Assembly (NCBI GenBank): GCA_030704615.1
Contig: CM060734.1
Span: 49,228,001-49,292,000, forward strand
DNA length: 64,000 nucleotides
Direction of reading: 5' to 3'
Origin: Takakia lepidozioides
Lineage: Eukaryota; Plantae; Bryophyta
Below, in pieces: positions 27,060 to 39,690 of the stretch. The first letter of the stretch is position 1, and each line of letters begins with the position of its first letter. Below the pieces are notes generated by a model. It saw only the letters and a program-made list of their open reading frames with translations. It was not told the origin of the DNA and ran no database searches. The position numbers and the translations under genes were made by a program.

Positions 27060-30000
27060 GTTTGACGAGACTAAAGTTTGTTCCTTAGTTAGTTAAGATG
27101 GAAGGCACATTTGCGGAAATGGTCGCCACATTGCAGAGTCTTCAGCTCCACATGTAAGAACTTCGTGCCTCTACTGCCCAACTACAAGCTGATCAGTCTC
27201 AAAATCTTGACAACGCTCTCAACAATTTGCAACAACAAATTTCAAAGTTGAAGGAGTCGAACAATGGATCTTTAACCTTACGAGTCCTTACTACAACAAG
27301 TCCTACTGCAACGGTTCTTCCAAATCTTCAACAGATTACAAGGGAACCAAAGGTCAGCATGCCCGAAAAATTTGATGGGACGAGATCAAGATTTCGCGGT
27401 TTTGTTCAACAAGTACAATTGTTCCTACGACTACATCCACAACGCTACCCAGATGAAGGTATTCAAACCCCTGTTTCTTGGAGTTAGATCCTTCATGAGA
27501 GCTACGAAGAAAAACGCGACATTTGCACTTTATGCGACTCCGATCAAAACCACAACAGACCAAGGTACTTCGACATTACCCACTCAATATCAAGATTTCA
27601 AAGATGTCTTCGAGAAGAAAAATGCAGACATGTTGCCAGAACATCGACCTTATGATTGTGCAATTGATTTGCAAGAAAAAACTCAACCACTATTCGGCCT
27701 GATCTACAATTTATCTGAGACGGAGCTAGCTGCTTTACGCGAATACGTTGATGAAAATTTGTCAAAGAATTTTATTTGACATTCGAAATCATCCGCGGGA
27801 GCACCTATCTTATTTGTGAAGAAGAAAGACAGATCGTTACGCATGTGTGTGGACTATCGTGGGCTCAACAAAGTCACTATAAAAAATCGTTACCCACTAC
27901 CGTTGATTTCTGGACTCCTCGAACAACTTAGACGAGCAAATTTTTTCACAAAGATCGACTTGAGATGAGCTTACAACCTTGTACGAATAAAAGAAAGAGA
28001 CGAATGGAAGACTGCTTTTCGTACAAGGTACGGACATTTCGAATATAGTGTTATGTCTTTCGGTCTTACAAATGCTCCAGCAATTTTTCAACACATGATG
28101 AATGACATCTTTCGAGAATTTTTAGATGACTTTGTAGTCATATATTTGGACGACATTTTGATATTTTCATAGAATGAAGAAGAACGTGGTCGTCATGTAC
28201 ACCTTGTCCTTGATAAATTGAGAGAAAAAAGACTATACGCCAAGTTGGAAAAATGTCTTTTCCACCAATCTGAAGCCGAATTTTTGGGCTACATTATTTC
28301 CGACAAATGAGTCTTTATGGATCAGAAGAAAATACAAACCATCGTCAAGTGGATTAAACCAACTTCGGTTCGAGATGTACAATGTTTTCTAGGATTTGCA
28401 AATTTCTATAGAATCTTCATCAAGGACTACTCCAAAATTGTTGCACCATTGACACGACTCACAAGGAATGACAAATTTGTATGGGACGATAAGGCTGACC
28501 AAGCATTTGAAAGGCTGAAGCAGGCATTTACAACAGCATGAGTGACCCTTGTCCATTCACATGGATCATATCGGGGGAAGTCACATATTGGAATTTTGCG
28601 AAAAAGATACTTGTACATGCAGACCTATCTAAACCATTCTTTTTGGAAGCAGATGCATTGGACTTTGCACTTGGCGCGGTACTCTCTCAATACCGTACAG
28701 ATGGCCGACTTCACCCTATTGGTTTTCGTTCTCGCAAATTTTTCGCTGAGGAAATCAATTATGAAATCCATGATAAAAAACTTCTAGCGATTATCGATGT
28801 TTTTGAGGAGTGACGTCATCTATTGGAGGGAGCTAAACATCAAGTCACAGTTTATACCGATCACAAAAACCTCGAGTATTTTATGAGTGTTAGTGTTTTG
28901 AATCGACGACAAACGAGATGGAGTATGTCACTAGCAAGGTTTGAGTTTGTTATTACCTACCGTCCCGGACATCTTCAAGAAAAACCAGATGTTCTTTCTC
29001 GACGATCGTATCTTGCGCCAAAAGAAGGGGATGTAGCTTTTGACCAACATAAATCCATCATCTTGAAACCAGCAAATCTCCAATTAAATATGTTATCCAT
29101 GTCCACCTATGACGATGTAGAGATCATAAAGGAGATTCATGAAGCACTGAAGAGCGACCAATTTGCTACGACACTACGAAATCAACAAAAACGACCTCGA
29201 GACAACCCACATGTTACAAACAACTTCGAATTCAAAGATGACTTACTTTATTTCAAGGGACTTATCTATGTACCTCCAGGACCTACAAGACTTCAAATTC
29301 TTCAAGAATGTCATGATCTTCCGGCTGTATGACATTTCGGCTTCAACAAAACAATGGAATTGATATCCAGGGACTATTGGTGGCCGCAGAGATGGAAACT
29401 CGTAAAAGAATTTATAAAATCTTGCGACACGTGTGTTAGAGCGAAGGGACTACGACATTGACCTTACGGCCTTCTTCAACCATTACCCATTCCCAAGGGC
29501 TCATGGTCATCCGTGTCTATGGACTTTATTACGGATTTTCCAATTTCCAAGACCACCGATTTAATCCTTGTTATTGTAGATCGTTTTACAAAGATGACAC
29601 ATTTCATTCCATGTAATAAGACAGTTACCGGCGAGGAAACTGCAAGACTCTTCCTCAATAATATCTACCGCATTCATGGACTCCTATAGGATATCGTATC
29701 TGATCGAGGACCACAGTTCATATCAAATTTCTGGAGGGGATTATTTCACATATTGGATACTAAGATCAACCTCTTTACAGCTAATCATCCACAGACTGAT
29801 GGTCAAACCGAACGTGTAAACCAGATTTTGGAGCAGTACCTTCGCTGTACAATAAATTATCACCAAGATAATTGGACGGACTTTCTGTCATTGGCTGAGT
29901 TTGCCTACAACAACACTATACATTCTTCGACCAAGCAAACTCTATTCTTCCAATAATGGTCATCATCCTCGAGCAAACCCTTTCCACGTGAAGACTGTTA

Positions 30001-30729
30001 GAAGCCCTGCTGCAGAAAACTTTGATACTCATCTTGTTATGATTCACAGGGAGCTTACATTTCACCTCGCAGAAGCTCAAAAACAATACAAAGAGTATGC
30101 AGATCAACGTCGCTAACTCCAACCCCAGTTCAAGGTCAGAGATCGTGTGTGGCTTCTTCGACGAGACATACAAACCTCGCGACCATCAAGGAAGTTGGAT
30201 TATCAACGCCTGGGACCATGCAAAATTATTCGACAAATAAATCCGGTCAGTTTTCGGCTTGAACTCCCACAAAGTATGCGCATCCATCCAGTCTTTTATG
30301 TTTCATTATTGGAGTTGTATCATCCATCGAATATTTCAGGGAGAGTCTCCGTACCACCTCCACCAATCGAAGTTAATCAGGAAATTGAGTATGAAATCGA
30401 CGAAGTCCTAGACTCTCGCATCAAGTATAAACGTCTTGAGTATTCCGTACATTGGAAAGACTATGACATCAGCGAACGAACGTGGGAACCTTCATCCAAC
30501 CTTGTCAATGCGTCTGACAAAGTCCAAGAATTTCATCAACGATATCCAGCTAAGCCCCGAGCTACACTTCAATAAGACATCACAACGATGATGTCAGCCA
30601 AGTTAGCTTCAAGGTGAAGACTTCACATTCAGTGTATCCGATACACACTAGGGAGGGAGGTTCTCCAACTCTAAGCAAGTCCAAGATTTTGCCGCTCCTC
30701 GAGGAACTCGGCGCTAGAGGAGGGGGTGA

Positions 30730-31581
30730 TGTCACGGACATGGCCCAGAGGAACTTACCAGGAGTAAATACCAAAAGTTATCAAGTTACCATGTTACTGT
30801 GCAATTGAGTTACAAGAAGGAGCCCAACCACCATTCGCCCAATCTATAACTTATCCCAGACGGAGTTGGCTGCATTACGCGAATACATTGATGAAAATTT
30901 GTCAAAACACTTCATCCGACATTCCAAATCACCCACGGGGGCGCCTATCTTGTTTGTGAAAAAGAATGACGGATCATTACGCATGTGTGTCGACTATCGC
31001 AATCTCAACAAAAGTTATCGTGATCTACCATGATTTACCATAAGTTACCATAAGTTACCAAGTTACCGGGAGTTTACCAAATTACCAAGAGTAACTTGAG
31101 AAACTGCTCAGGAAGCTTCTTTTGGAGGAAAGTTCTCCATCAAGATACCTCTTTTGTTTAAGGAAGCTTCTCCATCAAGAAACCTTTGTTTAATCTTGGA
31201 AACTTCTCCAGCAAGAAACCTCCATAGGGGAAGCTTCTTAGGGAAACTTCTTAGTAGCCAGTATATATAGGAGACGAGACTGGACACTCTTCAGTCTCGC
31301 CAACACCAGTTCAAGCTACTCTTGTTTCCAATTCCGAGTACTCCAGTCCAGCTCCAGTACTCTAGCCCAGTTTCCAATATCTGGTACCCCAGTCCAGTTT
31401 CCAGCATTCCAGTATTCAAGTCGTGTTCCAATATCTTGTACTCTTGTTCATTGTTATAAAGATCATCTTGATTTCTATTTACTCATCGTGCATACGCCCA
31501 CGCCGACCTTGACTTCTTGTCTAGTCTTGTACCTCTAGTCTGATCTCTTGTTTGTGTTCAGTCATGTTCTTGTCTTTGACA
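30730..31581 (+). repeat. 3' LTR of the chromovirus, carrying a ~213-bp pol-derived insertion (30798-31010)
   Basis: Follows the PPT and matches the 5' LTR on both sides of the insertion. Confidence 0.95.
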
Positions 31582-32185
31582 GCTTTCTCTTTTGTCACGA
31601 GCGAGATAGCCTAGGATTAGCTAACATACTAGCAGGTTACCTTAGGATAGATGCTACATTAAAGAAGCACAGTAGTCCAAAAAAACGTAATGTAGGTAGA
31701 CAAAAAATTTCCTAAAACACCGGGATGAACCGAAGACCGTTTCATCCGTTGGTCCCCACCGTTGTTGGCATGGACCAACGGAGTCTAGTCCAGTCGCACT
31801 TCACCCGCGAATAATAGTCTCCCGCCATTGTGTGTTTCTGCAAGGAGGTCGCACAAGGGAAGAAGGGACTCGGGCGGCGGCGTACAGATTTCGACAGTTT
31901 TGCAAGTGTGGCTTATTCTTAGCACGATGTGAAGAAGTTTGTGCATCTTGCAAATGTGGGCTCTTTGCTCCTGTTAGTACGATGATTTGGTAACTTCCTG
32001 ATGTTTATAAGGTTCTTGGGAGAATCAGCTTGGTCTTAGCATGCCGTGTTTCAATCTCTTCCTACTCAGCTACACCGTGGTGGTTTTCACGGACATTACC
32101 TGACTACAGACGCAACCAGCACACATAGGAGGTCATTTTGGTTGATGGGTGGTCAAATCCTCCATGAGACAAGGTCAAGGACAAT

Positions 32186-32490
32186 GTGGTGAGGGCACCT
32201 TCTCCTTCGACCTATTTCAACCTGTTTTGCCTGCTCATCAGCCTCGTCCCTTGGATGCATGTTGAATTTTGTAAGTTAGCTCGTTGGGTGGTGAGGGCAT
32301 CTTCTTCTTCGACCTATTTCAGCCTGTTTTGCCCGCTCATCAGCCTCGGCCCTGAGATGCATGTTGAATTCTGCAAGTTAGCTCGTTGGGAGGTGAGGGC
32401 ACCTTTTTCTTCGACCTATTTCAGCCTATTTTGCCCGCTCATCAGACTCGGCCCTAAAATGCAGCATGTTGAACTATGTAAGTTAGCTCG
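32186..32490. repeat. 102-bp tandem repeat, 3 copies, with diverged copies near 33645-33740 and 34045-34200
   Basis: G(T/A)GGTGAGGGCA recurs at 32186, 32288 and 32390. The core CTTCTTCAACACATTTCAG recurs downstream. Confidence 0.9.
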
Positions 32491-32678
32491 GGTGGCTCTG
32501 TGGTGGTTTGGAGTGACTTTGAGAAGTTACTGTCGATGTGAAGCCTGTCAAGGATAGGTGAAGGACCATGGATAGAGGTTGATTCATCCAAGAGGGCCGG
32601 ATTTCAAACACAATTCCCTATGGATCAGTAGCTACAAGAAACTTGCCTCAGTAGATGGTCAACTGGAAACAATAGCGG

Positions 32679-33610
32679 GGTCAAAGCACACTAATAGGAC
32701 CCAAAAATGATGTCACAAACTGTTTTCCAGCACATATGGCACAATCGATCCAAATTTAAGATATTGAGTTCAGTATGAACCCACAAACACATTATATCAT
32801 TGGAAAGCCCTTAAAGTTCTTGTCATGCCCATATAAATTGTTTTGTGATTTGACAAGTTTAAGGGGTCCTAAATGAGTTTTGAATAGCACAAGGTTCATA
32901 TGTCCCAAAATTGTTGTAGTCCTTTAGAACTCATTTTCACACCTATAACATGTGAAGGTCCTATCAGGGATTATTATGTGCTTATGTAAGGTATGGAAGA
33001 ATGCAAAAATGACAGTAGACCTGCAAAACCAGACAAACCCATTATCATAGGAATTTTCTACTACGCGGTATGCATAACTTAGGGGCACCAAACATCGGTA
33101 CTACTAAACCTCAAAATTTGAACATAGTTCTTTCATAAAAAATGTTTAGCTATTGAAAAGGAAGAAGGCCATGTCATTGGAACGGCTACAAGGTCCTCCA
33201 ATTTTGAATTTGAGGCCAAAATGAGTTCTTACAAATAGTGTATCATTCATTGCAAATTGTTTTAAAATTAAAAATATATCAAATAAACTCCTAAAAATTA
33301 TACGAGCATCTGCAGCACTGAAGTAGGCATCAAACACACCAAACCCGGCTTGGATGCGATGAGGGGAAATCAAATGGTGGCAAACGGAAGTCGAGTTAGT
33401 ATCGTAAATTCAAAATTAGCGGTGTACGAGCAAAATTGGAGGTGTACAAGAGGGTGTACGAGCATCCGATGGATGAGGTCGAGGTGCCCACTATCATCTG
33501 TAAATTTCATCACGTTTTCATCGCAACATGTCATGGCGGTGTAACGCGCCAGCAGTCAAAATTTAGTCCTTTTCAGGAGTGTCAGTGGTACACATTAGCA
33601 TGCCTTCACC
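32679..33610. mobile_element. Non-autonomous TIR DNA element of unassigned superfamily
   Basis: Left end GGTCAAAGCACACTAAT vs reverse complement of right end GGTGAAGGCATGCTAAT. Flanks TAGCGG and AAGCGG. It interrupts a sequence that is intact in the neighbouring duplicate (~33990-34030). Confidence 0.65.
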
Positions 33611-34223
33611 AAGCGGCAGCAGCACAATTGAAAGAACCAGGCTCTGGTGATGCACCTTCTTCAACACATTTCAGCTTGTTTTTCCATGTTATCAGAGTCG
33701 CCCTAAATTTTTTGGTTGAATTCAGCAAGTTAGCTTGTTGGTGGATAAGTATGGTTGGGGTGTTTGCTGGAATAAAGGGGTGGGGTATTTGCTGGAAGAA
33801 CTTCACGCCATCAGTGTCAGCTACTAGTAGTGAGGCTGAGGGATGTATTCATAATTTGTGCATGGTCAGGGATAGGTGAAAGACCAGGGATCGAGGTCCA
33901 GATTCATCCAAGAGGGCCGGAATTCAAACTTACGATTACTTCCGATAATTCCCTGTGGAGGTGAAAGACTAGGGAAGAAATCTGCGTGGGTAGATGGTCA
34001 ACTGGAACCAGCAGCGGCAGCAGCACAATTAATAGAATCAGGTACTGGTAATGAAGGCACCTTCTTCAACACATTTCAGTTTGTTTTTTCCCTGTTATCA
34101 TAGTCGGGTCAGAATCGTCCCTTGATTTGAAGGTTGAATTCTGCAATGAATACACATTCTTCAACACATCTCAGCCTGCTTTTCTCTTGTATCAGCCTCC
34201 TTGTCACTCTCTTTTCTTCCTCT

Positions 34224-34654
34224 TTGAACAGCAAACAAAAGCAGAGAGGAAAGGGAGAGTGCAATTACCCGTTGAGTGGGCAATCTGAAGACAGTATTCA
34301 TTTTCTGATACACTGTCCGGGGTTCTCTCACCAAAGAGACGCTCTCTTCAAATCTATTAAGGGTATTGTGCCTGTACCCCTGTTTACCAACTTTGAAAGT
34401 CTCGAGGCTGAGCCAAAAGCCCAAACCCTCCTGAGGCCTAGTTTTTGGGCAAATCACACACAACAGATTGATGCTTGTGTGAAGGGATTTCTAGAAGATA
34501 TCTGGAAAACCCGGATTAATTCTATATATGGAGGTAAGTCTTACTACCAACGTCAGCCCCTGACAGAGGTAGGTTCTGTCCCTTTTGTTCCCGCTCAAAC
34601 TGGGCGCGGGGTCAATGGCCACAAGGCTACGGCAAACAACGTCTTATGAGTACA
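34224..34654 (+). mobile_element. 5'-truncated non-LTR retrotransposon, family copy 1
   Basis: C-terminal knuckle remnant (YPLSGQSEDSIHFLIHCP). Perfect 14-bp direct repeat TCTTTTCTTCCTCT at 34210-34223 and 34655-34668. Homologous to three other copies in the window. Confidence 0.8.
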
Positions 34655-35201
34655 TCTTTTCTTCCTCTCTTCTTTCCTTCTGTTTTGACGTTGAATGGTG
34701 GTGTGTTGCTGGTTGGCAGGTAGCTCGTGGGCGGGAGCAATCAGGCTGCTGCAGCAGCAAGCACACCCCCGCCGCAGCAGGTAAATCAATGCATTCGCTG
34801 GTTTTTGGCTTTGATGCTATGCGTGGAGAGCTATGTATGGAGAGCTATGTGTGTTGGTGCGCAGCGGGCCGGGAGCAGGTAATTCTGCCCAACCCCGCCG
34901 CTTGTCTCTGCTACAGCACGCTGCAGCAGAAACAAGCGGCGGGCTATTTTCCAGTCGTATCAGCCTTTTATGACTGCATGACTGCCCAGTCAGATAAACC
35001 CAGTCAATTGTGACAAATGAGTCGTATCTGCCAGTCGTGGAGCTCACTGTTGACGTGGCAACGGGGACGCCTAATCATAGTCATTGATAAGACCGTTACG
35101 AATCCATGTCAGCTTCACGTGGAACGAAAGGGATATGCCACGTGTTACGACAAAGGGAAGGCGACAAGGTCTTCACGACTGGCATATACAACTTCGGAGG
35201 A

Positions 35202-35711
35202 TTAACCCCAGGACAACCCTGGAATGAGCAGCGACAACATGACAAAGAATTTCTTGGTCACCAACCAAAGAGGTAAATTGTAGTTGAGTAGTAGGATGGG
35301 CCACGTTGACCAACTCGTGGATTTTGCGCCATAAGGATTCACCCCATCCAATGCCAAACCAAGATGCAGGTTGCGTGGATCTGATGCGAACTCCGGCCAA
35401 GTGTTGTCAATGTGTGACCAAGCTTTGCTATCTGCAGCATGACGAACGAGCCCATCCTTGCTTTTGTGATTGATATGCCAACTCATGAGCTCTGCCACCA
35501 ATTTCACTCTAAACATTCGCTTCAACCTGGGTATGAGAGGGAAGTGCCGCAAAACTTTTTTAGGCACCTTCCCACGACCTGCAAAATACCTTCCACTTTG
35601 GCACTTTGGGCAAATCTCCGCTTTTTCAAGCTCTCCACGGAACAACACACAACCCTGTTCGCAGGCATGAATCTGTTTGTATGCTAGCCCCATCATAACG
35701 ATCATTGTCAA
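35202..35711 (-). mobile_element. CACTA/EnSpm Tnp2-family transposase fragment
   Basis: IHAC..GCVLF..CPKC, VLRHFPLIPRLKRMF, RHAADSKAW, DPRNLHLGLALDGVNP, STWPILLLNYNLP, MLSLLIPG. Confidence 0.92.
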
Positions 35712-35786
35712 GTTATTTTACCACTAGTGTGAAACTAGCTAGGAAATAGCTAGCTTTTACATATTGACATTTGGGATTGGCCCAAG

Positions 35787-38700
35787 TGTCAATCCAGGGG
35801 TCAAGGCAGATTTAGGCCCTGGAGTGGTTATCTTCACGGCAAGCGCGGGAGGCTCATCTTTCTCGAGTTGAGCCTCACCGCACCTAGCTATGGCGCCGTA
35901 GTGTGGATTCCCCATGGCGTGGGGTGCTCTTGGCTTGACTTGTATTTGAGTGATGAGGCTATATATGCATGAGTTTATGCTTCAGCTTTGTGAGCTCGTG
36001 CTTGTATTCTTCTTCTTTATCATTGTGTGGATTAGTGACTGCCATAGTGGGCAGCATAGTGGCGCCTAGTGACTGACTAGTTGTAGCCTAGTGGTTGGAC
36101 TAGTGGTGGACTAGTGGTATACTAGTGTGTGGTGTGCACATGTGTTGTGTGGTTTTGGACAGCGATGTAGTTGTGTAGCGATATGTATGCGCACGACAAA
36201 CATCTTTTGTGGCCAAGCTTTTGCCGAGTTGAAGGAACGGATGGCGGAAGCTCCAGTCCTCAAAATCTCAGAGTTCGACCATTCATTTGAGATTCATACG
36301 GATGCGTCGGACTTCGCAATAGGGGGTGTACTCATGCAGGATGGACGTCCAGTGGCTTACAAAAGTAAGAAACTGAATGAAGTGGAGCGACAGTGGCCTA
36401 CGCATGAGAAGGAAATGAAGGCGGCGGTGCATTGCCTTGAGCTTTGGCGCCACTATGTTGGTTCCAACCCGGTGAAGGTATTCACGGACAATGTCATGGT
36501 GAAGTATTTTGCCACGCAGCCTAAGTTATTTCCAAAACAACTTAGGTGGCAAGATACTTTGGTGGTCTTCGACGTGGATATCCAGTACAAACCGGGACGA
36601 GACAATGTAGTGGCCGATGCTTTAAGTAGAAAGCAACAGCTCATGTTGGTGTACAGGGGCGAGACGGCGCTCCAAAGGAAGATCCGGAAGGCTTACCGGA
36701 AGGATGAGATGGTGAAGTCCGTGATGCGGGACTTGAGGATGGGGGTTAAATCGCAGTTCCACTTGCAAAATGGACTGCTTCGGTATAAGCAAAAGCGTCT
36801 CTACGTGCCGAAGGGAGGGATCAGAGATAGTCTCTTGAGAGAATGCCACGATGGCCCGCTTGCGGGCCACGGCGGAGCCAAGTGCACCACGACACTCTTG
36901 AAGAAAGAGTATTTCTGGCCCAAACTGAGGGAGGAGGCCGAGGAGTATGTCAAGACATGCACCACATGCCAACAAAACCGGAGCGAGTACAAAAAGAAGG
37001 CGGGGCTGTTACAACCCTTACCAATTCCAGAGGGGTCTTGGGAAAGTGTCTCGATGGATTTCATGACTGCTATGCCACTGTCAAAAGGATTCGATGCAAT
37101 CATGGTGGTGGTGGATAGGTTCAATAAAATGGGCCATTTCATCCCCACCAAGGAGACGGCAACGGCGCAGGAGACGGGGCGATTTTACTTTGCCCACGTC
37201 TTCAAACATCATGGACTCCCGAAGGATATTGTCTCAGACCGCGATCCAAAGTTTACAAGTAAATTTTGCAGGGCACTTTGGAAGAAAATAGGGACGAGGC
37301 TCAAAATGAGCACCGCCTTCCGACCTACGACAAACGGCCAAACGGAAAGGGTGAATTCTGTGGTGAAGCAGATCTTGCGGAATTACGTGTCGGCAGACCA
37401 ATCGGACTGGGTGGAACACTTGGATGCGCCAGAGTTCTGTTATAATAACACAAACACTCCGCAACGGGAATTTCCCCTTTCGTATTGGTCTATGGAAAAG
37501 CACCTCTGGTGCCGACAAGTTGGACCGCCCAGGAACCGGCAGCAGCAGCGGTGCTGGAAGAACGCGAGCGTTTGTTGAAGCTCGCAAAGTATAACATTGC
37601 CAAAGCTAGGAAATGGTATGAATGGCAGGCGAATCGGAAGCGGAGAGAAGTTAAGTTTGAGGCAGGCACGGAGGTCTGGTTGAACATCAAGAATTTCCGA
37701 CTACCTCCGGAAGTGAGTCCGAAGTTCGTACCTCCGTATGCGGGTCCCTTTCGCATCCAGAAAGTTATGAATGAGAATGTGTATGAATTGGAGTTGCCGA
37801 CAAACAACAAGGTGCATCCGGTATTCCACGTCTCACTTTTGAAGCCTTACTTCAAAGATGAAGCGCGTCTGAATCGGCATCAAGTGTTGCGTCCGCCACC
37901 TTTGCTGTTGGATCATGAAAATGAACCTGAGTACGAGGTGGAGGCAGTGCTTAAGTCGAGGTTCAAAAATCGAGAAATTGAGTATCTCGTGAAATGGAAG
38001 GGCTATCATTATGTAGAGGCATCTTGGGTGCGTGCCTCAGAAATGGGGAACGCATCCGAGGCAGTTGCATCTTTCGAAGGGCGACCTCAAAAGCGGAAGA
38101 AGCGTTGATGGGGACATCAACCTTGGATCGTGGGGGAGGAAATGCATGCGACAGTGCTCCTGGGTTTCTACTGTTTGGTCAGGACAGCATCCACACAGGG
38201 TAGCAGCGTTGAAGTAATGTTGTGCGTCCTATTTTGTTTGGAATGGTGATGCATGGTATGGTTGGCTAGTGTGTAGAATGTATGCTAGCTTACAAAAGTG
38301 GGAGAGGTAAATTGGATTAATTGTGTATTTGCGTAGTGCCGAAATCGGGTGACTCCCATCCAAGGGGCAAGGAAACTTGCGCCTTCCTTGGGAGTTCACG
38401 TGCTAGTGCGCACTTGGCGCGTGCGCGTACTATAACTGCGCTACCGAGGGGGTTGCGTTGTAGTGCAGGCTAACGCGGAAGCTACGTGCTTCCGTTCACG
38501 TACTATAATCGTGTAGCCTCGGGACGAAGTCGTAGTGCGGCTTCGGCGTGTTCCCGTACCTCGGGCCAGCATTCCAAGGCGGACCCAATTGTAGTGATTG
38601 GGGCGCATGGTTAGTTCAAGGTTATCTTCCTAGTCAAAAAAGGGTTCAAGGTGAACCCTTGCTCAATGTGATGTCAAAAAGCGGCATCATGAGCAGTCGC

Positions 38701-39690
38701 AAGCAATGTTGTTGCAATAAGGCGATTCGATCCTCGTGGAGGATCGTTCCTTGGCCTTGGAGTAGGCCAAGAAGAGTGCACTAGGAAGAGCTTGAGAGGC
38801 TCTACCCTTGGCCGGGACTTGGAGGAAGTCGGCGGAACTAGCTAGTGGAGAGTAGAGTCAAGTGTGGAGTTTGGTTCTTTGCTATGGGACGCCACAACTT
38901 GGATGTTCGTTTCTACAAAATGGACAAGTCGATGAGGACATCGACTCCCTGTTGGTAGGGGTGTGTGTCGCGGCCCTTTGCCTTGAGGACAGGGGGTTGG
39001 GACATAGAGGGGCTGCCCCTGTGGTGGGGGAGGTGGCAGCAATAGGTACGGGGGGCTGAAGCACCCTTGAGTGCCCAAGGCACTCAAGGAGGCGGAGGCG
39101 CTCACTGGGTGGAGCCCCACACACCGGGTTGCGGTGGGGGTGGCTCCACAAGGGGTGGAGGTAGCTTAGTGGGACTTAGTGGGGGTGGCATAGGACTCAC
39201 CATGGGGCGGAGACCTTGTGGTGGGAGTCGTGGGGAGTCTTGGGACTCACCACGGTCCAATGGGGCCATGGTGGGTGGGCCAAGACTCACCGCGACTCAT
39301 CACCGGGAATCGAGGGTCTTCATGGTGGTTCGCCATAAAATGGCATGGTTGTTTGTGAAACCCCCGCGGACAGTCTCAGAAGTATATATAGGGAGTAGTA
39401 ACCCCGAGAACGGTGCAAGCCCGTTGGTGACCAAAAACTAGTGAGTAAGCGAGCGAGCTGGAAAGCAACCAAGGAGTGGGGAGCTTTTTCGGACTGCCAT
39501 CTACCAAAGGGAATTTCCACTAGGCCCAAATTGGTGGAGGGTCTGTTGGGGGAGTAAAGGGGGACCGTTATGTCTTGGTGAGCAGCCGAAGTTCCGAGTT
39601 GGCCTGGCGGCTAGGTTGGGAGTTAGGCACGCGCATCAAAGCGAGTAACTATGACTTGAAAGGGAGCTTACCGAAGTGAGGTGCGCGACA
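35787..39690 (+). mobile_element. Second Ty3/Gypsy chromovirus, partial or chimeric: RNase H, integrase, chromodomain, PPT and long GC-rich LTR
   Basis: DASDFAIGGVL; HDGPLAGH..CTTC; MDF/SDRD/TERVN; YAGPF; EYEVEAVL..YLVKWKGY, with one frameshift near 37460-37490. PPT TGGGGGAGGA at ~38131. Putative LTR 38143-39690. A dissimilar TGTC..GACA segment at 35787-36198. No gag, protease or RT; no matching TSD. Confidence 0.85.

Larger units (their letters stand above)
26408..31581 (+). mobile_element. Ty3/Gypsy chromovirus (Tcn1/Tf1-like) LTR retrotransposon, both LTRs present, internally deleted and disabled
   Basis: LTRs 26408-27059 and 30730-31581 (TGTCA...TGACA). GCTTT target-site duplication at 26403-26407 and 31582-31586. 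PPT AGAGGAGGGGGTGA. gag fragment PEKFDG; [13 protein letters not shown] and YLDD; RNase H EADALDFALG; integrase SDRGPQF and TERVNQ; chromodomain EYEIDEVLD..VHWKDY. Many stops. Confidence 0.96.

Noticed and set aside
32186-32557. 123-aa ORF with 34-aa repeats that could be taken for TPR/PPR
   Set aside because: No TPR or PPR consensus. It is explained by the 102-bp DNA tandem repeat, and the diverged copies do not keep the frame.
35722-35726. CACTA pentamer as the partner terminus of the 40197 end
   Set aside because: It continues GTGTG rather than CTAC, its flank (TAC) does not match TCC, it lacks subterminal repeats, and the transposase fragment would fall outside it.
38548-39529. Pro/Gly-rich ORFs on both strands
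   Set aside because: They lie in the GC-rich putative LTR and are low-complexity artefacts.
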